This document shows, piece by piece, positions 1 through 9,016 of a stretch of DNA of 64,000 nt. Positions within the stretch are counted from its first letter, which is position 1; each line of letters opens with the position of its first letter. A program made the position numbers and the translations under genes. The notes under the pieces were generated by a model, which worked only from the letters and a program-made list of their open reading frames with translations, ran no database searches and was not told where the DNA came from. Source of the DNA: Polyangiales bacterium (lineage in GTDB: Bacteria > Myxococcota_A > Polyangia > Polyangiales > JADJQN01); the NCBI GenBank assembly GCA_964202905.1, contig CAXNJO010000004.1, forward strand, positions 1 through 64,000. Reading direction: 5' to 3'.

Positions 1-1491
1 GCGGCGCGTTTCGCGGACGCCGCGGACCCCGCGGGCTGGCTCGAGGAGGCCTCGGGTCCGAGCCACTCCTACGCCGGCATGCAGCACTGGCACATGGGCC
101 GCTACCTCGCGCTCACCGCCGCCGATCCCGAGGGCGAGGACGTGCGCCTCCGCGATGCGCTCGCTGCAAGCTACGCCTTCTTCGGCGCGACGGCCGTGCG
201 CGAGCCGGATGGACAGCGCACGACGGGCTTCGACTTCGCGCACCGCATCGGCACCGGCTTCGAGCTCGAGCAGTACCGCGGCGCGCGCGGCCTCGCCGAG
301 TCGATCCCGTCCGTCGCCGTGTGGTCCGACTGGCTGTATCCGTCGGAGGGGCCCGGACTCGAAGCCGGTCGCGCGGCGTTGCGCGGGCACGCGGGCGCCT
401 TCGGCGGTGCGCTCGACACGGTCCCGCAGTACTCGCTGCACGGCCACGCATCGCGCCTCGACACGCTCGACGTCGCGCGGCGTCCGGCCGGGCTGCGCCT
501 GCCCGCCGACGAGGTGGGAAGCTTCGTGCGGGTCTTTGGGGCGCCGTCGTCGCCGCGCCTCGTCACCGTGCGTCGTGAGCGCGCGTCCGGGGACGCCTGG
601 TACGCAGCCGCGTACGTCGCGCCGACCGCGCCCGAGTCGATCGTGCGGGCGCATTGGGGCGCCACGCGCGCGGTGCCGCTGCGCGTCCGGGGCGTCGTGC
701 GCGAGGACTGGCCCGCCTCGCTCGACGCGCCCGTCGGCGCGACCACGGAACACGCCATCGACCTGTACGAGATCACGCCGATGCTGAGCGGTGGCCTCTC
801 GCTGTTCGGCACCTCCGCCTTCGGAAGCGCGGTCGTCGGTACCAACTGGTCGCCGCTCACGCACCACGGCCTCGTCGCCGAACACGACGCGCCCGACGGC
901 CGTGTCCGCTCGACGGAACGCTACGCGTCCGTGACGATCGACCCCGCGGCCTCGGGCGAGGAGTTCGCCTGCGCGCGCGCCTTCGCGGATCTCACGCCGA
1001 CCTCGCTCGACGCCTCACCGCCCGCGCTCACGACCTTCGCCGCGCTCGAAGAAGACCGCGGTCTCTGCGTCGCGCGTCGGCTCCTGTTCGGCGACGACGG
1101 CGTCCAGGTCGAGGTGCGACTGCGTCGCATCGCGCCACCCGGCGCGACCCCGCTCGCGCGGCTCGACGAGAACGTGCCGCTGCCCACGTGCACGCGCCCC
1201 CCGTGCGGAGGGCCGGCCGACCCCGCGCGCGGCGTCCTCCGCAACCGCAAGGCGGATGGCGCGACCCTGACGCAGACGGCCACCGGCTTCGCGCTCCGCG
1301 ATGCGTCGGGCCGCGGGCTCGACGTCGTGCTCGAGACCCCGGTCCCTGCGACGGCGCACCCCGAGGGGTTGCGGAGCTCTTATTACGGCGACGAGTTGCA
1401 GATCGGGCGCGTCATGCTCGAGGTCCCGATCCCCGCGGCGGTCGGCGACGAGGCGACGCTCCGCTACCGGCTCCTCCCCGTCGTCCCCTGA
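1..1491 (+). CDS. Hypothetical protein, 5' partial (frame open from base 1)
   Basis: The frame of ORF 79..1491 has no stop back to position 1 (AARFADAADPAGWLEEASGPSHSYAG...). Protein-like composition and GC3-biased codons; no family recognised. Confidence 0.7.
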   Translation, partial: AARFADAADPAGWLEEASGPSHSYAGMQHWHMGRYLALTAADPEGEDVRLRDALAASYAFFGATAVREPDGQRTTGFDFAHRIGTGFELEQYRGARGLAESIPSVAVWSDWLYPSEGPGLEAGRAALRGHAGAFGGALDTVPQYSLHGHASRLDTLDVARRPAGLRLPADEVGSFVRVFGAPSSPRLVTVRRERASGDAWYAAAYVAPTAPESIVRAHWGATRAVPLRVRGVVREDWPASLDAPVGATTEHAIDLYEITPMLSGGLSLFGTSAFGSAVVGTNWSPLTHHGLVAEHDAPDGRVRSTERYASVTIDPAASGEEFACARAFADLTPTSLDASPPALTTFAALEEDRGLCVARRLLFGDDGVQVEVRLRRIAPPGATPLARLDENVPLPTCTRPPCGGPADPARGVLRNRKADGATLTQTATGFALRDASGRGLDVVLETPVPATAHPEGLRSSYYGDELQIGRVMLEVPIPAAVGDEATLRYRLLPVVP

Positions 1492-1509
1492 CCGCTCGCC
1501 GATTCCACG

Positions 1510-1572
1510 GCCAGCCGGCTGTCCGTCGCAGCCAGCCGGCTGTCCGTCGCAGCCAGCCGGCTGTCCATCGCA
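1510..1572. repeat. Three tandem copies of a 21-bp unit GCCAGCCGGCTGTCC(G/A)TCGCA
   Basis: Units at 1510-1530, 1531-1551 and 1552-1572, intergenic between convergent genes; each contains the palindromic core AGCCGGCT. Confidence 0.9.
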
Positions 1573-1653
1573 GCCGATCGTGCGTCGCGGAAGTCGTGCC
1601 GGGCGATGTGGATCAGGTCGCTCTCGGGGCGTTTCGCGCTCCGGTGCGCACGC

Positions 1654-2742
1654 TCAGGGGCGCACGCTGCGGAAGCGCGCGTCGTTCTCGAGCCAGCCGG
1701 CGAGCCAGTCGAGGAGCAGCGTTCCGTCGGCCGCACGCAGCACGAAGGCCGCGCCGAAGATCACGTGCGCGTCGGAATCGACGATGAAGTAGCGGGTCGT
1801 CGGGTTGTCCGCGAGGTGATCGTCGACGAGCGTCGTGAGCGAGTGGGCGCAGGGTCCGGCGGTCTGCCAGAAGGTCGCGAGCACGGAGTCGCGCGTGGTC
1901 GCGAGCAGGCCGAGCCGCGAGTCCGGGTAGCGCGCGTCGAAGTGGTCGTCGTAGGCCGCGAGCGTCGTCGCGCAGGCCGCGCAGTCCGTGGGCGTCTGCA
2001 TCGCCCAGTTCGCGCGCCAGGTCGCGTAGAGCGCCGATGGCGGCTGCATGAGGGGGGCGCAGTCGGCGAGCAGCGCGAGATCGGCCGCGGGCCAGGCCTC
2101 CGCGTAGCGGCCCCAGTTGAGCTGCGCGCCGTAGCCGCCCGCGCTGAAGCCGATCACGCGTACCGCCGCGAGGTCCGGCCATGCCGCGCGGGCCGCGTCG
2201 ATGAAGCCCTGCGTCGCGACCGCGCCCCGGTGGTGCACGCGCGCCCCGCCGGGCGCTCCCGGATACGCCTGCGCCGCGTCCCCAGCGTGCAGGTCGCCCG
2301 TGCAGTAGGGGACGAACACGAGGTGCGCCTCGCGGAACGGGTTGGTCAGCGCGGCGCGATCGTCCCACCCGACCCTCGAGACCAGCGCGCGCTCGCCGTC
2401 GAACGTGGCGCGCGTGTAGTCCTCGGCGATGTGCGTGGCAGCCCTGCGCGTGAAGCACGTGTTCGCGTCCCAGCACGCGCCGCCGCCCATGACAATGAAG
2501 AGGACTTCCCGTGCGCCCGGCTTCGGGTTCACGCCCACGGAATAGGGGCTCCCGTTGCCGCAGACGGCGCCGGGGACCGGCACGAAGGACCAGGTGTTTC
2601 CAGGCAGCGTCTCCCACGCGGGTGGCGGCCCAGCGTCGCGGGGCGCGGCGGCGTCGGGGCTGGGGTCGGGCGTGGCGCAGGCGCAGGCGCCGCTCGCGGC
2701 GATGAGGACGGCGGTCACAAACGGTACGCTCAGCGGACGCAT
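1654..2742 (-). CDS. Pectinacetylesterase/Notum-family hydrolase, probable lipoprotein
   Basis: Signal peptide with Cys; C-G-N-G-S-P, GGGACW, VPYCTGDLH and GFSAGGYG nucleophile motifs. Confidence 0.8.
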   Translation of the reverse strand: MRPLSVPFVTAVLIAASGACACATPDPSPDAAAPRDAGPPPAWETLPGNTWSFVPVPGAVCGNGSPYSVGVNPKPGAREVLFIVMGGGACWDANTCFTRRAATHIAEDYTRATFDGERALVSRVGWDDRAALTNPFREAHLVFVPYCTGDLHAGDAAQAYPGAPGGARVHHRGAVATQGFIDAARAAWPDLAAVRVIGFSAGGYGAQLNWGRYAEAWPAADLALLADCAPLMQPPSALYATWRANWAMQTPTDCAACATTLAAYDDHFDARYPDSRLGLLATTRDSVLATFWQTAGPCAHSLTTLVDDHLADNPTTRYFIVDSDAHVIFGAAFVLRAADGTLLLDWLAGWLENDARFRSVRP

Positions 2743-2864
2743 CCGCCGAGGATGCCACGCGTGCCCGCGCGGAGGCGCTGCTCGTGTTGGTCGCGCGCCG
2801 AAGGTCGCGCATCGTCGAGGACTTCGACGACATCAGGGTCGCGTTCCGCGAGCTTCGCATCGAC

Positions 2865-2888
2865 GGATAGCCAGCCGGCTGGCTGTCC
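2865..2888. repeat. 24-bp near-perfect palindrome GGATAGCCAGCCGGCTGGCTGTCC
   Basis: 12-bp arms with one mismatch, intergenic; shares AGCCAGCCGGCTG with the 21-bp tandem repeat at 1510. Confidence 0.8.
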
Positions 2889-2934
2889 GCCGCGCCCCGC
2901 GGCTCCCGACGCGTGTCCACTCGTCGCGCGAAAT

Positions 2935-3738
2935 CTAGAACGTTCCGACGAGCCGCAGCGCCGCGCTTCGCAGCGTCACGCGCGTCGTGACGCCCATCGC
3001 CCCGCGGCCCCGCCGCGCGCGGAGCGGCAGGCGCGCCTGCACGTCGTCGTCGGTGTCGGGAAACTCCCAGGGGCGCGGCGGCAGCGCGACGAGCCCACCC
3101 GCCTCGTCCTCATCGGCCGGGGCCTCGTCACCCTCGAGCACCAGCACGGCCTGCCCCGCGATGGAGCCGAGGCCGAGCGCGCGCAGCAGCCGCGTTCCCG
3201 CTCCGCGCAGCGCCGCGCCCGGCGCGCCCGTCCTCTGCGGCACGACACCGCCCCAGCGCGCGGCGCCAGGCGCCTCGCAGCCATCATGCGCCCGCAGGGC
3301 CCCGGTGGGGTGCCCGCAACCCGCGGCCTCTGCGACGGCGCGCGCGAGGGGCACGCCTCCGACATCCACGCGCGGCCGCCCGTCGAGTCGCGGCAGCGTG
3401 GGCAGCACCTCCAACACGGACGCGAGCTCCCACCAGGCGCGCTGCACGTCGAAGCGCAGACGCCCCACCGCCGCAGGGCTCCAACCGCGCCCCGCGTTGC
3501 GCACGAATCCGGGTGCCTCGAGGCCGGGCAGGGCGGAAAGGGCCTGGCCGTGCGCGGCGCCCGCGGCCTTCGACGCCCGCGCTGCGCGATGTCCGGCGCG
3601 TGGCCCGTCCGCGTATGCGCGGCTCGCCGTGGTCCCCGCCATCGCGAGCGCGACCACCGCGACGAGCAACCCATCGACCGCCCCGCGGCGGACGCTGAGA
3701 CGCGTCGCGATGCGGCGCTCTGGGAGGCGGCCAGGCAT
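2935..3738 (-). CDS. Hypothetical protein, possibly exported
   Basis: ATG 3 nt downstream of the CoA-transferase B stop; hydrophobic segment LLVAVVALAMAG; fills an otherwise empty gap. Confidence 0.5.
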   Translation of the reverse strand: MPGRLPERRIATRLSVRRGAVDGLLVAVVALAMAGTTASRAYADGPRAGHRAARASKAAGAAHGQALSALPGLEAPGFVRNAGRGWSPAAVGRLRFDVQRAWWELASVLEVLPTLPRLDGRPRVDVGGVPLARAVAEAAGCGHPTGALRAHDGCEAPGAARWGGVVPQRTGAPGAALRGAGTRLLRALGLGSIAGQAVLVLEGDEAPADEDEAGGLVALPPRPWEFPDTDDDVQARLPLRARRGRGAMGVTTRVTLRSAALRLVGTF

Positions 3739-3741
3739 GGC

Positions 3742-4395
3742 TCAGAGCGACATGGTGACGAGGTCGGGGCCGGCGTGCAGCGCGGGCTCCGTCTTCGCCT
3801 GCACGTCTTTCGCGCTCACGCCGGGCGCGAGCTCGCGCAGCACGAGCCCGTCCGGGGTGACGTCGATGACCGCGAGGTCGCTGATGATCCGGTGCACGAC
3901 GCCCTTGCCCGTGAGCGGGAGGTTGCACGCGCGGAGGATCTTCGGCGCGCCGTCCTTCGACGTGTGCTCCATGATGACCACGACCCGCTTGGCGCCGTGC
4001 ACGAGGTCCATCGCGCCGCCCATCCCCTTGACCATCTTTCCGGGGATCATCCAGTTCGCGAGATCGCCGTTCTCCGCGACTTCCATCGCGCCGAGGATGG
4101 CGAGGTCGATGTGCCCGCCGCGGATCATCGCGAACGACATCGCGCTGTCGAAGGTCGACGATCCGGGCATCGTCGTGATCGTTTCCTTGCCCGCGTTGAT
4201 GACGTCCGCGTCCTCGAGGCCGGCCTCCGGGTAGGGCCCGATCCCGAGCAGCCCGTTCTCGCTCTGCAGCACCACCTCGATGCCGGGCGGCACGTGGTTG
4301 GCGACGAGCGTCGGGATGCCGATGCCGAGGTTCACATAGTACCCGTCGCGCAGCTCCTGCGCGGCGCGGATGGCGATCTGCTCACGCGTCAGCAT
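3742..4395 (-). CDS. scoB: 3-oxoacid CoA-transferase subunit B (ScoB/AtoA-like)
   Basis: [36 protein letters not shown] catalytic Glu, [14 protein letters not shown] overlap with subunit A. Start trimmed to ATG 4395. Confidence 0.93.
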   Translation of the reverse strand: MLTREQIAIRAAQELRDGYYVNLGIGIPTLVANHVPPGIEVVLQSENGLLGIGPYPEAGLEDADVINAGKETITTMPGSSTFDSAMSFAMIRGGHIDLAILGAMEVAENGDLANWMIPGKMVKGMGGAMDLVHGAKRVVVIMEHTSKDGAPKILRACNLPLTGKGVVHRIISDLAVIDVTPDGLVLRELAPGVSAKDVQAKTEPALHAGPDLVTMSL

Positions 4396-5114
4396 CAGTG
4401 GCCTCCCTTCGCCGGCGCGGCGCCGGGCTTGCGCACCGTGCGCCGCTCGATGCGCTTCTCGTGCTGTCCGACGATCACCCGCTGCACGAAGACGCCCGGC
4501 AGGTGCACGGCGTCCGGGTCGATCGAGCCGACCTCGACGAGCTCCTCGACCTCCGCGATCGTGATGCGTCCGGCCATCCCGCACAGCGGATTGAAGTTAC
4601 GCGCGGTGCGCCGGAAGACGAGGTTGCCGAGGCGGTCGCCCTTCCAGGCCTTGATGATCGCGAAGTCGCCGGTGATGCCGCGCTCCATCACGTACATGCG
4701 CCCGTCGAACTCGCGCGTCTCCTTGCCCTCGGCGACCTTCGTGCCGAAGCCGGCCGGCGTGAAGAACGCGGGGATCCCCGCGCCGCCCGCGCGCAGGCGC
4801 TCGGCGAGCGTGCCCTGTGGCACCAACTCCACCTCGAGCTCGCCCGAGAGGAACTGCCGCTCGAACTCCTTGTTCTCGCCGACGTAGCTCGAGACCATCC
4901 GCTGGATCTGCTTGCTTTGCAGGAGGATCCCGAGGCCGAAGTCGTCGACCCCGCAGTTGTTCGAGACGAACGTGAGCTGCCTCGATCCCTTTTCGCGGAG
5001 GGCGGCGATGCAGAGCTCGGGGATCCCGCAGAGCCCGAAGCCCCCGGCGAGCACCGTGGCCCCGTCACCGATGTCCGCGACCGCCTCCGCTGCGCTTGCG
5101 ACGACCTTGTCCAT
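4395..5114 (-). CDS. scoA: 3-oxoacid CoA-transferase subunit A (ScoA/AtoD-like)
   Basis: [55 protein letters not shown]. Start trimmed to ATG 5114. Confidence 0.93.
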   Translation of the reverse strand: MDKVVASAAEAVADIGDGATVLAGGFGLCGIPELCIAALREKGSRQLTFVSNNCGVDDFGLGILLQSKQIQRMVSSYVGENKEFERQFLSGELEVELVPQGTLAERLRAGGAGIPAFFTPAGFGTKVAEGKETREFDGRMYVMERGITGDFAIIKAWKGDRLGNLVFRRTARNFNPLCGMAGRITIAEVEELVEVGSIDPDAVHLPGVFVQRVIVGQHEKRIERRTVRKPGAAPAKGGH

Positions 5115-5198
5115 AGGCGCCCGCGTATAGCAGAGCGCCGCGTTCCTGAACAACGACGAGCCACCCGACGCCGCCACGCGCGGCGTCCGCGGGACCGC

Positions 5199-6077
5199 TC
5201 AGCGCAGGAACTCGAGCAGCAGCGCGTTGACCTGCTCGGGCGCGTCCTGCGCGACCCAGTGGCTCGCGTCCGGGATGCGCGCGATGCGCAGACGCGCGAC
5301 GTGCGCGTCGAGTCCGACGAGCAACCCCGGCCCGAGCGCGCGGTCGTCCATGCCCCAGATGACCAGCGTGTTCGCGTCGATCCGCGGGACGGGGCCGGGC
5401 AGAAAGCGCAGCGCCGCGCGGTAATACGCGATCATCGCGCGCGCCGCGCCCGGCACGCGCACCGCCTCGACGTAGCGGTCGATCGTCGCGTCGTCGAAGT
5501 GCTCGCGGCGCCGCGACCAGCCGCGGAAGGTGCGCACCAGCGTCTCGCGCTCCCGCAGCCGAATCTCGGGGAAGCCGGGCAGCTGGAAGGCGAACATGTA
5601 CCAACTCTTCTTGAGCTGCTCGAGGCGCCCGAGCTCGCGCCGGAAGATCGCGGGGTGCGGCGCGTTGAGGATGACGAGGCGGTCGACGACCTCGGGGCGC
5701 GTCGCCGCGACGTGCCACGCGATGGCGCCGCCCCAATCGTGCGCGACCAAGTGAGCGCGCGCGTAGCCGAGCGCGCGGACCAGCCCCGCGACGTCGGCGA
5801 CGAGGTTCTCCATGCGGTAGGCGCGGATCTCGGGAGGCCGGTCGGAGTCCGCGTAGCCGCGCAGGTCGGGCGCGATCACGCGGAAGCCCGCGTCCGCGAG
5901 CGGCCGGATCTGGTAGCGCCACGACCACCAGAACTCGGGGAATCCATGGAGCAGAAGGACGGGCGTCCCGTCGCGCGGGCCCGCGAGCGCGACGTGCAGG
6001 TGGAGGCGGCGCCCGTCGGCGTCCGGGCCGACGTCGACGCGGCGGTGTTCGACCTCGCCGTCCGTGATCGCGTGCAT
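5199..6077 (-). CDS. Alpha/beta hydrolase, epoxide-hydrolase-like
   Basis: LLLHGFPEFWWSWRYQI, APDLRGY, AHDWGG, SHWV motifs; true start MHAITD at 6077 (the longer ORF is a shadow of carA). Confidence 0.88.
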   Translation of the reverse strand: MHAITDGEVEHRRVDVGPDADGRRLHLHVALAGPRDGTPVLLLHGFPEFWWSWRYQIRPLADAGFRVIAPDLRGYADSDRPPEIRAYRMENLVADVAGLVRALGYARAHLVAHDWGGAIAWHVAATRPEVVDRLVILNAPHPAIFRRELGRLEQLKKSWYMFAFQLPGFPEIRLRERETLVRTFRGWSRRREHFDDATIDRYVEAVRVPGAARAMIAYYRAALRFLPGPVPRIDANTLVIWGMDDRALGPGLLVGLDAHVARLRIARIPDASHWVAQDAPEQVNALLLEFLR

Positions 6078-6100
6078 CTGCGCGGGTCCCGCGTGCCTCG

Positions 6101-7219
6101 TCAGCGCGCGGCCTCGATGGCGTGCGTGAAGCGTGCGAAGAGGTAGCGCGCGTCGTGCGGGCCGGCGCTCGACTCGGGGTGATACTGCACGCTGAAGGCA
6201 CCGGTCTCGCGGTGCACGAGGCCCTCGACGGTGCCGTCGTTGAGGTGCACGTGCGTCGTCTCGCAGCGGCCCGCGAGGCTGTCCATGTCCACGCAGAAAC
6301 CGTGGTTCTGCGTGGTGATCTCGATGCGGCCGGTGGCGAGGTCCTTCACCGGCTGATTCAGGCCGCGGTGCCCGAACTTGAGCTTGTAGGTGCTCCCGCC
6401 GAGCGCGAGCGCGAGGATCTGGTGGCCGAGGCAGATGCCGAAGATCGGCTTCTTGCCGAGGAGCGCGCGCGTGGTCTCGATGGCGCCGGTGACCGCCGCC
6501 GGGTCGCCGGGGCCGTTCGAGAGGAAGACTCCGTCGGGCGCGAGCGCGAGGATCTGCGCGGCGGTGGCGGTCGAGGGGACGACCGTGACCGCGCAGCCTG
6601 CATCGACGAGGCAGCGGAGGATGTTGTGCTTCACGCCGAAGTCGACCGCGACGACGTGGTGCCGCGCCGCGGCGGGGGCGGGCCGCGACCGCTCGAGCCA
6701 CGCGCCCGAGCCGCGCGTCCACGCGTAGTTTTCGCGCGTGGAGACCTCTCCGGTGAGGTCGCGCCCGCTCATCGGGGGCGCCGCCTTCGCGCGGTCGTGC
6801 AGCGTCTGCGGGGACTCGGTACCGATGGCCGCCATCTGCGCGCCGCCGTCGCGCAGGTGCCGCGTGAGGCTGCGCGTGTCGATGCCCTCGATGCCGACCA
6901 CGCCGTGCCGACGGAGGTAGGCGTCGAGGGACTCCGTCGCGCGCCAGTTGCTCGTGACGCGGCTCAACTCGTGGACGATGAAGCCCGCGAGCTGGGGGCG
7001 CGTGGCCTCCTCGTCCTCGGTATTGACGCCCGTGTTGCCCATCTCGGGCGCGGTCATCGTGACGAGCTGGCCGCAATAGGAAGGGTCCGTGAGGACCTCC
7101 TGGTAGCCCGTCATGCCGGTGGTGAAGACGGCCTCGCCGACGGTGACGCCGGTCGCGCCGATCGCCTTGCCGGTGAAGACCGTGCCATCTGCGAGCACGA
7201 GGTGCGCGGTGGTCGTCAT
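6101..7219 (-). CDS. carA: Carbamoyl-phosphate synthase small subunit
   Basis: GEAVFTTGMTGYQEVLTDPSY, LSNGPGDP, FGICLGHQ, QNHGF, SVQYHPE. Confidence 0.97.
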   Translation of the reverse strand: MTTTAHLVLADGTVFTGKAIGATGVTVGEAVFTTGMTGYQEVLTDPSYCGQLVTMTAPEMGNTGVNTEDEEATRPQLAGFIVHELSRVTSNWRATESLDAYLRRHGVVGIEGIDTRSLTRHLRDGGAQMAAIGTESPQTLHDRAKAAPPMSGRDLTGEVSTRENYAWTRGSGAWLERSRPAPAAARHHVVAVDFGVKHNILRCLVDAGCAVTVVPSTATAAQILALAPDGVFLSNGPGDPAAVTGAIETTRALLGKKPIFGICLGHQILALALGGSTYKLKFGHRGLNQPVKDLATGRIEITTQNHGFCVDMDSLAGRCETTHVHLNDGTVEGLVHRETGAFSVQYHPESSAGPHDARYLFARFTHAIEAAR

Positions 7220-8514
7220 GGGTTCTCGTAGGCCGTCTTGCCGTCGACGAGCGTGAGCCGAACGCGGCCCTGCACCTCGCGGCCGAGCATCGGTGTGTTG
7301 TGCGATTTCGACCGTAGCGTGTCCCTCGACACCGTCCAGCGTGCGTCGGGGTCGATGACCGTGAGGTCCGCGCGCGCGCCGACGGCCAGCGTGCCGCCTT
7401 CGAGCCTCGCGATCTTGGCGGGCGCGGGGGAGAGCGACTCCACGAGCCGGCGCGGCGTGAGCGCGCCGCGGCGCACCAAATCGAGCATCGCCGGCAGCAC
7501 CGTCTCCACGCCAATCATACCGGGTGAGGCGGCCGCGAACTCGCAGTCCTTCTCGAGCGACGAGTGCGGCGCGTGGTCGGTCGCGATGCAGTCGATGGTG
7601 CCGTCACGCAGCGCCTCGCGCAGCGCCTCGACGTCCTCGTCTTCGCGGAGCGGCGGGTTGACCTTGCAGACCGTGTCGTACCCGAGCACCGACTCGTGCG
7701 TCATCGTGAGGTGGTGCGGCGTGACCTCGGCCGTCACGAGAATCCCGCGCGATTTGGCCTCGCGGAGCAGGCGCACGGCGACCTTCGAGCTGATGTGCGC
7801 GACGTGGTAGCGGGCCCCCGTCAGCTCCGCGAGCAGCAGGTCGCGGGCGACGATGACGTCCTCGGCGACGCGCGGCCAGCCGCGCAGCCCCAGCCTCGTC
7901 GCGACGGCGCCTTCGTGCATCAGCGCGCCTGCCGTGAGGTCGTGGTCCTCGCAGTGCTGCGACACGACGAGGTCGAACGTGCGGGCGTATTCGAGCGCGC
8001 GGCGCATCACGGCGGCGTTCATCACGCACTTGCCGTCGTCGCTGACACCGACGGCGCCGGCCTCGCGGAGGTCGGCCATCTCGGTCAGCTCCTTGCCGCC
8101 GAGACCTTTCGTGATGGCGGCGATCGGGTGCAGGCGCGTCGCGCCCGCGTCGCCGCTGGCCGCCTCCCGCGCCCGGGCGACCATCGCCTCGGTGATCGCC
8201 CGCGTGTCGTTCACGGGCGTGGTGTTCGGCATCGCGCAGACCTGCGTGAAGCCGCCGGCCGCTGCCGCGCGCAGCCCGGAGCGGATGTCTTCCTTGTACT
8301 CCTGCCCCGGTTCGCGGAAATGCACGTGCAGGTCCACGAGGCCGGGCACGACCCAGCAGCCACGCACGTCGCGCACCGTCACGCGCTCGCCCGTCAGACC
8401 CAGGCCGGCGTCGCGTCCGACGCGCACGATGCGTCCCGCTTCGATGACGACGTCGGCTTCTTCGTCGAGACCCCGGCTCGGGTCGATGACCCGGCCACCG
8501 CGCAGGACCAGCAT
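7216..8514 (-). CDS. pyrC: Dihydroorotase (type I)
   Basis: PGLVDLHVHFREPG, MPNT, KVNPPLR, IATDHAPH; 4-nt overlap with carA. Confidence 0.95.
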   Translation of the reverse strand: MLVLRGGRVIDPSRGLDEEADVVIEAGRIVRVGRDAGLGLTGERVTVRDVRGCWVVPGLVDLHVHFREPGQEYKEDIRSGLRAAAAGGFTQVCAMPNTTPVNDTRAITEAMVARAREAASGDAGATRLHPIAAITKGLGGKELTEMADLREAGAVGVSDDGKCVMNAAVMRRALEYARTFDLVVSQHCEDHDLTAGALMHEGAVATRLGLRGWPRVAEDVIVARDLLLAELTGARYHVAHISSKVAVRLLREAKSRGILVTAEVTPHHLTMTHESVLGYDTVCKVNPPLREDEDVEALREALRDGTIDCIATDHAPHSSLEKDCEFAAASPGMIGVETVLPAMLDLVRRGALTPRRLVESLSPAPAKIARLEGGTLAVGARADLTVIDPDARWTVSRDTLRSKSHNTPMLGREVQGRVRLTLVDGKTAYENP

Positions 8515-8522
8515 GGGGGCGC

Positions 8523-8551
8523 CGATTACGTGAGCGCGCGGCCGCTGTCAA
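8523..8551 (-). promoter_or_regulatory. Putative sigma70-type promoter of pyrC
   Basis: Minus strand TTGACA-17 nt-TAATCG, 8 nt before the ATG. Confidence 0.45.
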
Positions 8552-8641
8552 CGACGATGCGGCGAGACGCGCGGGGACCACCGGAGCGCGACGGGCCCGA
8601 GGGCGCGCGGTCGCGGCGATCGCGCGCCTCGGGGGCGATCG

Positions 8642-8893
8642 TCAGCCGACCTGCTGAATCGATTCGTCGCCGGCAGTGGCGGGCGACTCGATGAGGCCGA
8701 CCGAGCTCTTCTCCGGCGCGGGACGGGCGCGCTGCTCGTTCACCTTGTTCCGCATCGCCATCACCTTGCGGCAGAGCGAAGCGAACTCCTTGTGACGCGT
8801 CGCCATCGTGGGGGAGCCGCCGCGCAGGAGCGTCTGCACGATGAACTCCATGACCTGGATCTCGCCCTCGGAGAAGCTGTTGCTGATGCGCAT
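8642..8893 (-). CDS. Small hypothetical protein (83 aa)
   Basis: MRISNSFSEGEIQVMEFIVQTLLRGG...; strongly coding-like codon use; TGgTAGATC 7 nt before ATG 8893. Confidence 0.7.
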   Translation of the reverse strand: MRISNSFSEGEIQVMEFIVQTLLRGGSPTMATRHKEFASLCRKVMAMRNKVNEQRARPAPEKSSVGLIESPATAGDESIQQVG

Positions 8894-9016
8894 GAGCCGC
8901 GATCTACCACGCGATCGCCCGCGCGACAACGCCTGACGTGCGATGTAGGGCCACTGAATGTCACTGCATTGCGCAGATCGTGTTTCAAGTCTTTGAAATC
9001 ATGAGGCGATCGCGCT

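Noticed and set aside
1510..1572. CRISPR array
   Set aside because: Repeats are directly adjacent with no spacers, and no cas genes are present in the window.
1606..4887. 1093-aa plus-strand ORF
   Set aside because: Antisense shadow of recognisable minus-strand genes; Arg-rich text typical of stop-poor high-GC DNA.
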